DNA of 64,000 nt from Octopus sinensis (Eukaryota): NCBI RefSeq assembly GCF_006345805.1, contig NC_043016.1:28148001-28212000 (forward strand). The letters are read 5' to 3'. The notes under the pieces were generated by a model. That model was given only the letters and a program-made list of their open reading frames with translations, was not told the origin of the DNA and did no database searches. Positions 46,890 to 59,566 of the stretch are shown one piece after another. The position numbers and the translations under genes are program-made. Numbering within the stretch: the first letter of the stretch is position 1; each line of letters starts with the position of its first letter.

Positions 46890-49800
46890 TCCGGAGGAGG
46901 TGAGCACGTCACCTTCTTCCATCTCGTTTCCCAAACATCGTGCATTCTATGTAAAAGATCTGGTGTCGAAGACATTCTTCATGGTAGACACCGGTTCCTG
47001 TTGCAGCATCTGGCCCCTTCGTCTGGCTGCAGACAAGCCGAAGCGCTCTTCGATTGTCTTGCATGCTATTGACTCGTCTCCCATAACCACTTACGGTCAG
47101 ATTTCGCTGCGCCTCAACCTCAACCTTCGCCGAGACTTTCGATGGGTTTTCGTCATCGCTGACATCCCACATCCTATTCTCGGCGCTGATTTCCTGGATA
47201 GGTTTAACCTATTGGTGGATGTCAGGCGTCGGAGGCTTCTTGATAGCACGACGTCGCTCTCTACACCGACTGGGAGTTCCACCACTGCGGTCCTTAGCCC
47301 GACATTCTTTGTTGCCACCTCTGGAGACCCTTTCACTCTCTTTTGGTTTCATTTCCGGAGCTAGTGGACATTGCCTTTAAACCGGAAAATCCTACCCACT
47401 CGACCCTCCATTTCATCACCACCAATGGGCCACCTGTATTCTCACGCCCCCGGCGCCTAGCGCCAGACCGACTTAAAACGGCCAGAGCCGAGTTTGAGCA
47501 CATGCTTCAACTTGGCATTATACGCCCCTCCACCAGCCCATGGGCATCTCCCCTTCATTTGGCGCGAAAGGGCGAGTCTGATTTTCGCCCGGTGGAGACT
47601 ATCGACGCCTCAATGCCGTCACAATAGCCGATCGCTATCCGATTAGAAATCTCCGGGACTTACAGCAAATCTCCATGGTTGTACCATTTTTTCGAAGGTC
47701 GATCTGATACGCGCTTACCACCAAATACCGGTCAACCCAGCCGACGTTCCAAAAACTGCAATCACTACCCCGTTTGGGTGTTTTGAGTTTTTGTACATGA
47801 GTTTCGGTTTGCGGAATGCTACTAGCACCTTCCAGCGTTTCATTGATGAGGTTGTCCGCGGTCTTGATTTTGTGTTTGCCTATGTCGATGACATACTCAT
47901 TGCGAGCGACACACGAGAAAATCATCTCCGGCACCTTTCTCAACTCTTCCAGCGTCTTCGCGCGTATAGCATACGCATAAACCCCGACAAGTGTGTTTTC
48001 GGACGCTCTTCCCTAGATTTTCTAGGGCATCATATTGATTCGACTGGAATCAGCCCCCTCTCGTCAAAAGTCGATGCCATTCAACGCATCGCACCCCCAC
48101 TTCCTTGCGCCAGCTCAGGCATTATCTAGGGATGGTCAATTTCTACCGACGCTTCATTCCCGGTTGTGCAGATAAGCTGCTACCTCTCACCAGGCTGTTA
48201 AAGGACTCTCCTAGAAAGGACAGTCAAGTCACCCTCTCTGTTGAGGCAGTGACAGCCTTTGAGTCCATAAGAAGGAGCTGGCTTCTGTTTCTTTGCTTGC
48301 ACATCCAGTTCCTGGTGCTTCTCTCTCTTTGACTGTGGACGCATCGGACACTGCGATTGGCGCTGTGTTACAACACACAGTGGATGACCATGTTCGACCT
48401 CTAGCCTTCTTTTCCCGTCAACTGCAACCAGCTGAACGACGATACAGCACCTTTGATCGTGAGCTCCTAGCGATCTATCTATCGGTTCGTCATTTCCAGC
48501 ATCAACTTGAAGGGCGAGATTTTGTGATCTATACGGATCACAAGCCCCTTACGTTTGCCCTGTTTTCAAAAACGGACAAACTCTCACCCCGTGCTTTTCG
48601 GCACCTGGATTTTATCTCTCAATTTACTAGCAACATTCGACACATACCTGGAAAAGAGAACGTTCCTGCTGACGCTCTCTCTCGCCTTCCAGTTTGCGCC
48701 CTTTCGTCTCCTGCTGCTATCGACTTAGCTGCCATATCGCAGGAGCAGCCACCTTTGGCGTCGTTAGATTTAACTTCTCCCAAGTTCTCCTGTTGCCAGT
48801 TTTCCTACCTTCCGCTTCCGTCAGCCGAAGGCACCATTCTTTGTGACACTTCAACTGGATCTCCCAGGCCACTGGTGCCTGAGACCCATCAACGCTCAGT
48901 GTTTGAAGCACTGCACTCCTTATCACATCCTGGCATCGCTGCCACCCTCAAACTAATCACTGCTCGGTTTTTCTGGCCGAATATGCGTCGCACAATTACT
49001 TCTTGGACACGCACCTGCTCCAAGTGTCAACGATCCAAGATTCAACGGCACGTTCGTGCCCCGCTTGGACAATTTCCCCCCACGGAGGCCCGTTTTCGCC
49101 ATGTCCACATCGATCTGGTTGGACCATGGCCTGTGAGTCGCGGGTTCTCTTATCTATTAACTTGTGTCGATCGTTTCTCCCGCTGGCCAGAAGCCATTCC
49201 GATAGCAGACATTTCTGCTGAGACTGTTGCGCGAGCTTTCGTTTCAAACTGGATTTCTCGCTCGGAGTCCCGTCCCGATTGACAACTGATCGTGGACGAC
49301 AGTTTGAGGCCTCGCTATTTCGCGAATTGTCGCGAATTTTGGGTATGCACCATATCCACACCACAAGCTACCATCCAGCGTCTAATGGATTGGTTGAGCG
49401 GTTCCATAGACAGCTCAAGGCCGCTCTTCGTGCCTCTTCGGACCCACAGTCCTGGATCGAATTTCTGCCCATTGTGCTTCTCGGCTGTCGGACTGCTGTC
49501 AAGGCAGACCTGGGGTTTTCTGCTGCAGAGCTGCTGTATGGTACCACACTGGCATTGCCCGGTACGATGTTGGTGCCAGACACTTCCCCGCCCCATGATC
49601 CGGCGACCTATGTCACCAGACTGCGGGAATATTTTTCAAACCTTCCGCCCATGCTTCCCAGAAAGCAATCTCCACCGTCCCATCTTCCACCGGATATGAA
49701 CACCTGGTCGCATGTTTTTGTTCGGGACGATTCTGTGAAGGGCCCACTTGTTTCTCCCTATAAAGGACCTTTTCGTGTGCTTTCTCGCACACCAAAGGTT

Positions 49801-49900
49801 TTCACGATTGAGATAAATGGTCGTTCGGAGACCGTTTCCGTGGACCGTTTAAAAAAGGCACATTTTGAGACGTCTTCATCTTTTGATGACAACCTTGACA
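46890..49900 (+). pseudogene. CsRn1-like pol (PR-RT-RNaseH-IN), broken in this sequence by about six 1-bp deletions
   Basis: VDTGS (PR), YVDDILIAS (RT), DASDTAIG...DRELLAIY...TDHKPL (RH), H.LSHPG...[27 protein letters not shown] (IN), split across frames. Confidence 0.92.
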
Positions 49901-49928
49901 CACCCACCTATGCACCTTTAACAACACT

Positions 49929-50012
49929 TTCACCTGCACAAACGCCTTCACCTGCACAAACGCCTTCACCTGCACAAACCCTTCACCTGCTCACCTGCAC
50001 AAACACCTTCAC
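49929..50012 (+). repeat. 18-bp tandem repeat (ttcacctgcacaaacgcc) encoding SPAQTP
   Basis: Three full and about 1.5 degenerate copies. Confidence 0.85.
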
Positions 50013-50671
50013 CGGCTCCTACAACACCACCCTCGCCGTCAACGGGTGCCCCGAGCACACCGTATGTTACAAAATCGGGCAGAACAGTGCATTGGCCCAA
50101 GAAACTTTCAAAAACAATTTACATTTAACTTTAAAATGTTTCTTATTGTATAATAGTATGTACCAAGTCTTCTGGGGGATCGGCAAGCCTTCTGTTTTCT
50201 GCAGCACCACCACAATATTCTGGTTGCCGTACTTCGCACTCGGAGGGGAGCCCTGTAGTGATGCTACAGTGTAGGGTTCGGCGCGCATGCGCAGAATGGG
50301 ACTACTTCCGGGTGGCCACCGGAAGTCTTCCCCATGCGCATGTGCGGGAAAACATCTCTCGAGCCCGCGAACCTCAAATCGCTCTCTTCGGCTCAAGACA
50401 GCACTGCGATCGGTCACGGTTTTCCTGGCTCTGACAGCCACACACCAACTTCAACCAACTTCAACCAACCTCAACGACCAACACCAGCAGTATATCAGAG
50501 GCTGTCTATTCCCCCATCAGACAACGTACAACCATGAATCAATAAACCAAGTTGTCTGTTCACCTTTAACCTGAGTTTCGTCTGTTTGTTTTCTACAAGA
50601 ATTTTTGTACGTGACTAGAAAGGATCTCGACACCCTGCCAGTGCTTCGATGATAGATCCTTTCACATTACA

Positions 50672-50797
50672 AATCCTTTGCCATGAAAACACCTCAATTC
50701 TGGGAAGAGGGTATTTTCAAGTTAAAGGAAAGATGGAGACGTTTTGTGCAACAAAATGGTTCAAATTTGGTTGATTAAAAATGTAATGGCAAGTATT
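50672..50797 (+). mobile_element. Mariner deletion derivative, right part
   Basis: FAMKTPQFWEEGIFKLKERWRRFVQQNGSNLVD* continues the frame from 45602. Confidence 0.8.
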
Positions 50798-51160
50798 GGA
50801 TCTTTTCCTTTTGAACAGCACATGTCAACACAATTTCTAGTTAACTAAACACTTTAAAACTTCGTATACTGGTAGAATGTGTCAAAATAAAACATTTTTT
50901 TTTTCTCTTGGCTTTCTTGATAAAATTGTAATTCGTTTGTTTAACGTAGTTTAATTTTTCGAATTTTAACCAATGAATCGCCTCTAATTGAGCTAAAATC
51001 ATTTGCTGCGTCTAAAACTGAGACAACATCCTGTCACTAACCCTAAACCTCACCCTACCCTAACACTAAATTTTTTTTTCTTAATTGGTAAATTAATTTA
51101 ATTGTTACGCGTGTAAAAAAAAAACGGAAGGCTGAAACGAAAGCAATTTAAACAATTAAC
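50798..51160. mobile_element. Truncated foldback MITE family B copy (left arm and centre)
   Basis: ggatcttttccttttgaacagcacatgtcaacac... matches 42209-42550. Confidence 0.8.
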
Positions 51161-51244
51161 AAACAAAATAATTCTATAATTTTATACACACGCTTTCCGT
51201 ATACGTACGGAAAGCGTGTGTATAAAATTATAGAATTATTTTGT

Positions 51245-52953
51245 CTACCTATGTATCTCTCTCTCTCTCTCTCTCTTTCTGTCTGTCTACCTATCTCTCT
51301 GTCTGTCTACCTATCTCTCTGTCTGTCTACCTATCTCTCTGTCTGTCTACCTATCTCTCTGTCTGTCTACCTACCTATCTCTCTGTCTGTCTGTCTACCT
51401 ATCTATCTCTCTGTCTATTTACCTATCTATCTCTCTGCCTGTCTACCTATCTATCTCTCTGCCTGTCTACCTATCTCTCTCTCTGCCTGTCTACCTATCT
51501 CTCTCTCTCTGCCTGTCTACCTATCTCTCTCTCTGCCTGTCTACCTATCTCTCTCTCTGCCTGTCTACCTATCTCTCTCTCTGCCTGTCTACCTATCTCT
51601 CTCTCTGCCTGTCTACCTACCTATCTCTCTGTCTGTCTACCTACCTATCTCTCTGTCTGTCTACCTACCTATCTCTCTGTCTGTCTACCTACCTATCTCT
51701 CTGTCTGTCTACCTACCTATCTCTCTGTCTGTCTACCTACCTATCTCTCTGTCTGTCTACCTATCTATCTCTCTGTCTGTCTGTCTACCTATCTCTCTGT
51801 CTGTCTGTCTACCTATCTCTCTGTCTGTCTGTCTACCTATCTCTCTGTCTGTCCACCTATCTATCTCTGTCTGTCTACCTATCTATCTCTCTGTCTGTTT
51901 ACCTATCTATCTCTCTGTCTGTTTACCTATCTATCTCTCTGTCTGTCTGTCTACCTACCTATCTCTCTGTCTGTCTACCTACCTATCTCTCTGTCTGTCT
52001 ACCTACCTATCTCTCTGTCTGTCTACCTATCTATCTCTCTGTCTGTCCACCTATCTATCTCTCTGTCTGTCTACCTATCTATCTCTGTCTGTCTACCTAT
52101 CTATCTCTGTCTGTTTACCTATCTATCTCTGTCTGTTTACCTATCTATCTCTGTCTGTCTACCTATCTATCTCTCTGTCTGTCTACCTATCTATCTCTCT
52201 GTCTGTCCACCTATCTATCTCTCTGTCTGTCCACCTATCTATCTCTCTGTCTGTCCACCTATCTATCTCTCTGTCTGTCCACCTATCTATCTCTCTGTCT
52301 GTCCACCTATCTATCTCTCTGTCTGTCCACCTATCTATCTCTCTGTCTGTCCACCTATCTATCTCTCTGTCTGTCCACCTATCTATCTCTCTGTCTGTCC
52401 ACCTATCTATCTCTCTGTCTGTTTACCTATCTATCTCTCTGTCTGTCCACCTATCTATCTCTCTGTCTGTTTACCTATCTATCTCTGTCTGTTTACCTAT
52501 CTATCTCTGTCTGTCTACCTATCTATCTCTCTGTCTGTTTACCTATCTATCTCTGTCTGTCTACCTATCTATCTCTCTGTCTGTCTACCTATCTATCTCT
52601 CTGTCTGTCTACCTATCTATCTCTCTGTCTCTCTACCTATCTCTCTCTCTGTTTGTCTCCTTATCTATCTCTGTCTGTCTGCCTACCTGTCTGTCTATCT
52701 TTACATCCATCGCTCTTGCTATCTGTGCACACGTCTCTCTCTCTCTCTCTGTGTTTGCACATCCATCTCTATCTCTGTGTCTGTACTTCTGTCTCTCTCT
52801 CTCTGCGTTTGTACTTCCGTCTCTCTCTCTGTCTGTACTTCCGCCTCTCTCTCTCTCTGTCTGTACTTCTGCCTCTCTCTCTCTCTCTCCCTGTCTGGAC
52901 TTCAGTCTCTCTCTCTGTGTCTGTACATCCGTATCTCTCTCTGTGTCTGTACA

Positions 52954-52999
<46 letters not shown>

Positions 53000-53001
53000 C
53001 A

Positions 53002-53046
<45 letters not shown>

Positions 53047-53266
53047 ATATGTCTGTCTCCCTCTTTGTGTCTGTTGCTCTGTACATCTGTCTCTCTCTGT
53101 ATATCTCACTCTGTCTGTCTCTCTGCCTGTGTGTACATATCTCTCTGTCTGTACATCAATCTCCCTGTCTGCACATCTGTCTCTCTCTCTGTCTGTACAT
53201 CTATCTCTCACTCTGTACATCTGTCTGTCTATCTCTGCCTGTACATCTGTCACTTTCTGTATTTCC

Positions 53267-53302
<36 letters not shown>

Positions 53303-54018
53303 ATCTGTCTCTCTCTGTCTGTACGTCTGTCTCTCTCTGTCCTTATGAGAGCTCAAAATCTCTCATGGAAGCATCATCCAACCAAAATGTAAATACATGG
53401 GAAACTACCACCTGTGTCATCTCTTGTGAAAAGTAGGAGAGTCCAGTTTGCTGGACATTGTTGTAGAGCTGAAAACGAGGCAATTTCTACTCTTCTTCTC
53501 TGGAAGCCATCTACTTGCGATACCAGAGGGTGCACACTCTCCTATCCTGATGTAATCTCCAGGGATACAGGCATCCAGCAACAGGACCTCCATAATGCTA
53601 TGATGGACTGTGAAGTCTGGCGTAGCATGGTAAATTCCATTGTCTCAACCACGGTCAAACAATGATGATGATATCTGTGTCTATATATCTCTCTCTCACT
53701 TTATTTATATCTGTATATCTCTCTATCTCTCCCTCTTTCTCTCTCTCTCTTTCATATATATATGTGTCTACCTGTACATCACTCTCTATCTGTGCATCGC
53801 TCTCTCTCTCTCTCTAGCTGTACATCTCTCTCTCTCTCTAGCTGTACATCTCTCTCTCTCTCTCTAGCTGTACATCTCTCTCTCTCTCTCTAGCTGTACA
53901 TCTCTCTCTCTCTCTCTAGCTGTACATCTCTCTCTCTCTCTCTAGCTGTACATCTCTCTCTCTCTCTCTCTCTGTATCTGTCCATCTGTCTCTCTCTCTC
54001 TCATTCTGTATCTGTCCA

Positions 54019-54055
<37 letters not shown>

Positions 54056-54225
54056 GTATCTGTCCATCTGTCTCTCTCTCCCTCTCTCTGTATCTGTCTA
54101 TCTGTCTTTCTCTCTCTATATCTGTCTATCTGTCTTTCTCTCTCTATATCTGTCTATCTGTCTTTCTCTCTCTATATCTGTATATCTGTCTTTCTCTCTA
54201 TATCTGTATATCTGTCTCTCTCCCG
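51245..54225. repeat. Compound pyrimidine-rich micro/minisatellite (TCTA/TCTG/TC-based, 20-28 bp higher-order units), interrupted at 53341-53670
   Basis: Direct reading; it accounts for the 724-aa and 731-aa low-complexity ORFs. Confidence 0.97.
53341..53670 (+). mobile_element. 3' end of an RTE/RTEX-like LINE inside the satellite
   Basis: LVKSRRVQFAGHCCRAENEAISTLLLWKP...YPDVISRDTG...AMMDCEVWR; (tga)n tail. Confidence 0.8.
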
Positions 54226-55990
54226 TGGATGCATTTGCACTCAAAACAGTGACATCTTATTGAGTACATTATCACAGCAATGATGTCCTCATCACCAGGG
54301 CAACGCATGGAGCAGAGTGCTGGATGGACCACAGATTCATAAGAGCCAAGCTCAATGTCCACATAGTTCTCCAGCACCAGAAATGCCCGAAGCTCATTAG
54401 ACTGACCTTCACCACAGTCAGACTCCTTTCAGCCAAATATCAGCAGGAGTTCCAGTCCAACCTTGATAACAAGTTCAAGGCAATAGGACCACTAACTGGT
54501 GAACAAGAGGAAAAGTGGAACCAGTTCAAAGAAGTTGTCACAGAGACAGCCAAAATACTTATAGACTCAAAGGAAAAGCTTCATTAGGACTCATTTGATG
54601 ACAACGATGAGGCTGTATGGGCATTGTTGGATGATAAGAGAAAGGCCTCCACTGATTGGCAGACCCAACCAAACTGCTCCTCATGGCATGACAGATACAA
54701 GAACTGTCAAACTAGAGACCAGAGAGAGCTTCACAGCATGCAAGACAAATGCAAAAGAGAATCAGGGCAAGATGGGAGGAGCACTTTAACCAACTTATAA
54801 ACTAGCCATCCAGTGTTGACCAGGAAGCATTGCAGCAAATAGAAGCTTCTGCTCAAAGATGTTAACCTGTTACCTAGTATAGATGAGGTCAGACTGCCAT
54901 AAATGAACTGTGGCAAAGCTCTGTGAGCAGATGGAATTCCTGCAGAATTGTATAAGGTACTTGTTGTGGCTTTCAATGCATTCCATGACATTCTTGTATT
55001 CCTTTGGCAACAATAGTGTATGCCAGCAAACTAAGATGCTACCAAAGTTACTCTACAAGAACAAAGGATCCAAATCAGACTGGGAATTACAAGAACATTT
55101 CCTTACTTTCCATTGCTGGTAAAAATCTGGCCTGCATCCTCTTCATCAGGCTCATCACCAGTCTTAGATAGCAACTTGCCTGAAGCCCAGTGTGGCTTCT
55201 GCTCTGGCCGCAACACCATAGACTTGGTATTTGCTGTGTATCAAGTCAGGGAGAACTGTATTGAAGAACAGATGCAAAGTCCATCTTATGTATGTGGAAT
55301 TTAAAGTACCTTGGCAGCACACAGTCAATGGATCATTAGACAGCAAAATCTCATCCAGAATCCACAAGGCCAGCCAAGCATTTTGAAAACTGAAAATGAA
55401 AGTCCTCTAGCAGAAAGGCATTAGACCGTTGACAAAGTTCAAGGTTTACAAGGCTGTAGTTGTCTCTACAGTACTCTATGGATGTGAAACATGGACCCTA
55501 TACTGTTGACACATTAAACAGCTGGAAGGGCACTGTGTGGGATCATAAGCAATCACTAGCAGGACAGAGGGACGAACCAAAAAGTGCTGGACAGACCTTA
55601 TCAATGTTGCTGAAGGCTCAGTTATGCTGGACAGGCCAAGTCATCAGAATGACTGATAGCTGTGTACCCAGACAGCTGTTGTATGACAAGCTCATGCAAG
55701 CAAGGATGGCCTCAGTTGAAGTATAGACAACCTCAGATGAAGCAACCTGAAATGGAGTGACATTAGTCTGCAAGCTTGGAGCCTCTACCACAGACAGATC
55801 AGCATGGAGGTTTCTCGCTTCATGAACAGCAGATGCCATTGAAGAGGACTGGTGACAGTGTCTTGATGCTGCAAGAGAAAGATGCCACAGGGCAGCATCT
55901 ACCTCAATCTAATTAACAGACTATTGTTGTGACATCTATGGGCACTTATGTTTTTCAGCTTTGGACTGTGGCATCATATGCTCTCTGCTG
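54226..55990 (+). mobile_element. Degenerate RTE-BovB-like LINE fragment
   Basis: DHRFIRAKL; NLPEAQCGFCSGRNTIDLVFAV.QV.E.C.E; KVYKAVV.ST.LYGCETW; many stops and deletions. Confidence 0.85.
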
Positions 55991-56304
55991 GGAACACAGG
56001 CTTTGTCATTATCAGACACTGGTGGACTAACAATAATTTTGTTAAATTCCTGGCAGCATTTTTCTGATGTGTTAGTTTGGGCTGTATCTTTCTTTTCTAT
56101 CTCCTTTTACAAAAATAACAGCTCCAGTTTGAGCTGTATCTTCTTTTTGTATCTGCTATTGCTGTATACCCATATCCATCCCAGCTATATGCCCATGTCC
56201 ACTCCAGCCATATACCTACATTCACCCCAGCTACATATCTGTTTTCACCTCAACCATACACCCTTCTTTACCCCAGACGTATACCCATCTTCAACCCAGC
56301 CATA

Positions 56305-56826
56305 CCGTAAATCCTCAAGTATAATCCCCATTTTTTCTCCAAAATTTAAAGGTCAAAATCCCTAGTGCATACTATTTACGAGGTTAAAAATGAAAAATAT
56401 TTTCTAAGCAATGTTCGAGTCTCTATTTGCTGTCCAGCAATGTTTATTCAGACGCATTTTTGTGATGTCGGCTGCGAAAATACCTTAAACTAAGCCTGAA
56501 AGAAATGAAGTTATAAAAGAATCATCCATAACTTGCAGTAAGCAACATTTATTAAAATAAAAGTATTCAGAACACAGAATAACATGTAACAAAAACAATT
56601 TGCAAACATATTTACATCCCCATATAACAGTTAAGAACATCACCATTATTGTATTACGCATGCACGGAAGTGTTTGTTCGACTAGGTGCTGCTGGCTTAA
56701 TTACACATGACTCAAGTAGACAAGGGGTGCGTATTATACACAAGCTTTAGGTTTTACAGAGGTACAGCCCTCTAAAAATCCCCTGCGTATTATACTCAAG
56801 GGCGGACTATACTTGAGGATTTATGG
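56305..56826. mobile_element. pogo/Tc1-type MITE family C, copy 2
   Basis: Homologous to 34675-35195; TIRs and TA TSD. Confidence 0.88.
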
Positions 56827-57222
56827 TATATATTCATGTTCGTCACATGTCATATATTTGTTCACGAACATAAACTTCATTTTTCTATTATTAAAGAAGA
56901 TTATGACTTTAGTGGAATTAGCACTGGGTTGGGCTCTACACAGTTTTCTTCTTACACAACCTGATACATTTTGTCATCAATGGTAGTATAGTTCTGGGGA
57001 TGAAAGTGTGTATAAATAGTTTTCTAATCTATAAGAAAATTAGGCATATAATACAGACTTCGGGTATTGTATTTTTAGGTCCATGTCTGCATTCATCCAA
57101 CATATCTACCATGAAAGAATTTTCCAGTTAGGATAATTTTTTTCTAAAACTATATTATCTTATGTGTTCTTCCTTTTTGAAGACATTAAGATACGATTGA
57201 AGGTTGGGCAATCATTTAAAGA

Positions 57223-57601
57223 TCTCTCTATATAAACGGCAGTTTGTCTGTGCGTGTTTCTGTGTGTCTGTTTGCTTGTACCCTCACCCTGACCACGGCT
57301 TTCAACCGATTCTGATGAAACTTGACACACACATAGCCCAATGTCATAATTCAAAACTAACGCAGCGAAAATTTTGAAAAGTTCCCCCAGTTCTGAAAAA
57401 AATCGATAAATTCATGGGGTCGAGAATCAGAAACACAAACCGCAAACTGTCTAGGGGACGCAACTCCACCTTTTTTTACTCTCCAAAAAAATTTACCATC
57501 ATTTTTTTCCATTTTTTTGCTCTTTTTTGGCTATAACTCTCTAAGAATGCTTTATAGTTATTTCCCTTACAAACCTGAGCAACGCCAGGCGATACTGCTA
57601 G
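57223..57601 (+). mobile_element. Non-autonomous Helitron
   Basis: A|TC 5' end (tctctctatataaacggcag), subterminal hairpin cctgagcaacgccagg, CTAG|T 3' end, no TSD. Confidence 0.8.
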
Positions 57602-57928
57602 TTAAAATATAAAATGGAGATTTGTCATTATAGAAAGTTGGTAGGTTACTGCTAGTGATGTGACAAATTACTCAATGCAGCTATACTGCATTTTCCAAAA
57701 ATGGAGGGTTCTTGATTCTTTAAAATTCTGCTTCAGAAATGCTCAAGCTTGTTTTTATATATTCAGTAAATTTAATAAAACAAGATTTTCTTACTTTCTT
57801 TGTTTATTTTCTAAAAATTTACATAGTTTTAGTTGTTCAGTGTATTTATTTGAAAATGTTTGCAATTTGTCAAAATCATTAACATAATTAACAAGTTTTA
57901 TATAATTTGTGGCTATATTTTATTTTAG

Positions 57929-58078
57929 TTGAATGAAGAGGTGATTATGGAAGCATCACATTTAGTTTTAGTGAGGATGTATGGAGCCATTCATGTAGGG
58001 GCATCTTTTGCTTCATACAAATGTTGCATAAGCAAGGATGAAGCCGTTATTGGAGCATTAATGTGGACTCGTATTTTG
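57929..58078 (+). CDS. Coding exon 2 of the membrane protein
   Basis: attttag| LNEEVIMEASHLVLVRMYGAIHVGASFASYKCCISKDEAVIGALMWTRIL |gtgagt; 150 nt, phase 0-0. Confidence 0.8.
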
Positions 58079-58707
58079 GTGAGTTAACCTAGTTTTCTAA
58101 ATGGTTTTAATCCTCTAGAAATTTGGTGGCTTCATTTTATAAATTATTTTTAAACAAGCCATATATGGACTTGATCACCATATTTATTCTTTACATATTC
58201 AGTACTTTAAATTAGTGACATCGTTAAAACAATGCTTGTCTGAATAATAACAATACAGTTTTTTTTTTTTACATCTTTCTTAATTCTAGAGTTGACTCCC
58301 ATTCTTTTGCCATGATCTTCAATTAAATTGATTTCTAAGTTTTTACATCTTTATGGCTGGGGCTAACAAACTCCTATTTTGCAAATAAGAAAACTGGATT
58401 AAATTATACCCAGCAATTGTGAGTTCAGACCTTACTATTATTGTGTCTTCGATCAGAACACATGCTGCTGCTTCAGTTTGGCTGGCTAACAGAGATTACT
58501 CTGCTACAAATTCATGGTTACTGGAAGCATTGGAAGTATTTACTCACCAGTATAGAAAAAAAAGTAAAAATTTTTAAAAATGGAAAAAGTTTGTGTCTTC
58601 AAAGCTAAATAGAATGTGGCATTTCTATTGTGATTGATTGAACAATGTGTTGACTCACTGTCACACTCTTTCTCTCTCCCTCATTCTTTATATTTTCATC
58701 TTTGCAG

Positions 58708-58776
58708 GGGCTAAAAATCCAAATAGTCGTACTTGAATATCATGCTATGTTTGTCATGGACAAGTTCACTACATTT
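58708..58776 (+). CDS. Coding exon 3 of the membrane protein
   Basis: ttttcatctttgcag| GLKIQIVVLEYHAMFVMDKFTTF |gtaagt; 69 nt, only phase 0 is open. Confidence 0.7.
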
Positions 58777-58889
58777 GTAAGTATTTTTACTGTTTAATAT
58801 GGTAGGCTGTGGCTTTTGGTAACTCTCATTTGCAATGTCTTTTGTATTCCAGCAGAAAAAGATAAATTAAACATATTTCATATGAGGCA

Positions 58890-59020
58890 TAGGTATGGTT
58901 GTGGGGTAAGAAGTTCTGAACCATATGCTTATGGGTTCAGTCTCACTGCATAGCACCTTGGTCCTTGGGCAAGTGTCTTAAGAAAGCTTAGTGAATGGAT
59001 TTGGTGGATGGAAACTGAAA
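58890..59020 (+). mobile_element. CORE-type SINE fragment
   Basis: gggttcagtctcactgcatagcaccttgg...ccttgggcaagtgtct...gatggaaactgaaagaagcc. Confidence 0.7.
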
Positions 59021-59566
59021 GAAGCCTGTTGTGTATGTATGTGTACACATACACACACACTAGTAGTAATACCCATCGTTCATTGGGTAATTACTTTTGC
59101 TCTTTCTCAGGAGCTACATCCAAAGTGTTATTCTATATATACATTTATTGCTCCTGTATGTGTGTATTTTATAAAAGAAAAAAAAATGTAATAATTGAAG
59201 TAGAAAATTATCAGTTTCATACACGAACTTCTGTTTGTTTATTATATGACAATAATAAGTGAGTCGTTTGTGTTATTTTATATATCAATACAGTAATGGT
59301 AATTATATAATACACAAGGCTTTCGTCGGCACGGAGCTGTAATGAGAAAATTAGAATGTGCCACACAGTGGGACTGAACCCAAGGTCACATGGTTAGAAA
59401 GCAAGCTTCTCAACCACAAAGCCATGCCTATAAAGGAGAGATACATTTTGGATAATATACTCTTTGATACAATATGCTTAACAAAAGAATGGGATGTTTA
59501 CAGTGAGAAAACATTTGATTTTAATATTTACTCAAGCAACGCAACAACTAACAATGCTACACCATA

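Larger units (their letters stand above)
45603..50671 (+). mobile_element. Full-length young Ty3/Gypsy (CsRn1-like) LTR retrotransposon
   Basis: LTRs 45603-46018 (416 bp) and 50254-50671 (418 bp) differ by two 1-bp indels and one substitution. 4-bp TSD AATC. PBS TGGTGACCCC (46021, tRNA-Trp type). PPT GGAGGGGAG. Confidence 0.97.

Noticed and set aside
51218-53436. 724-aa and 731-aa ORFs (and the 206-aa and 231-aa overlapping ORFs)
   Set aside because: Translations of a TC-rich satellite that lacks stop codons by composition; no real start or domain
58389-58577. Protein-like open frame ENWIKLYPAIVSSDLTIIVSS...WLLEALEVFTHQYRK between exons 2 and 3
   Set aside because: No phase-0 acceptor/donor pair compatible with the gene and no recognisable family; left unassigned
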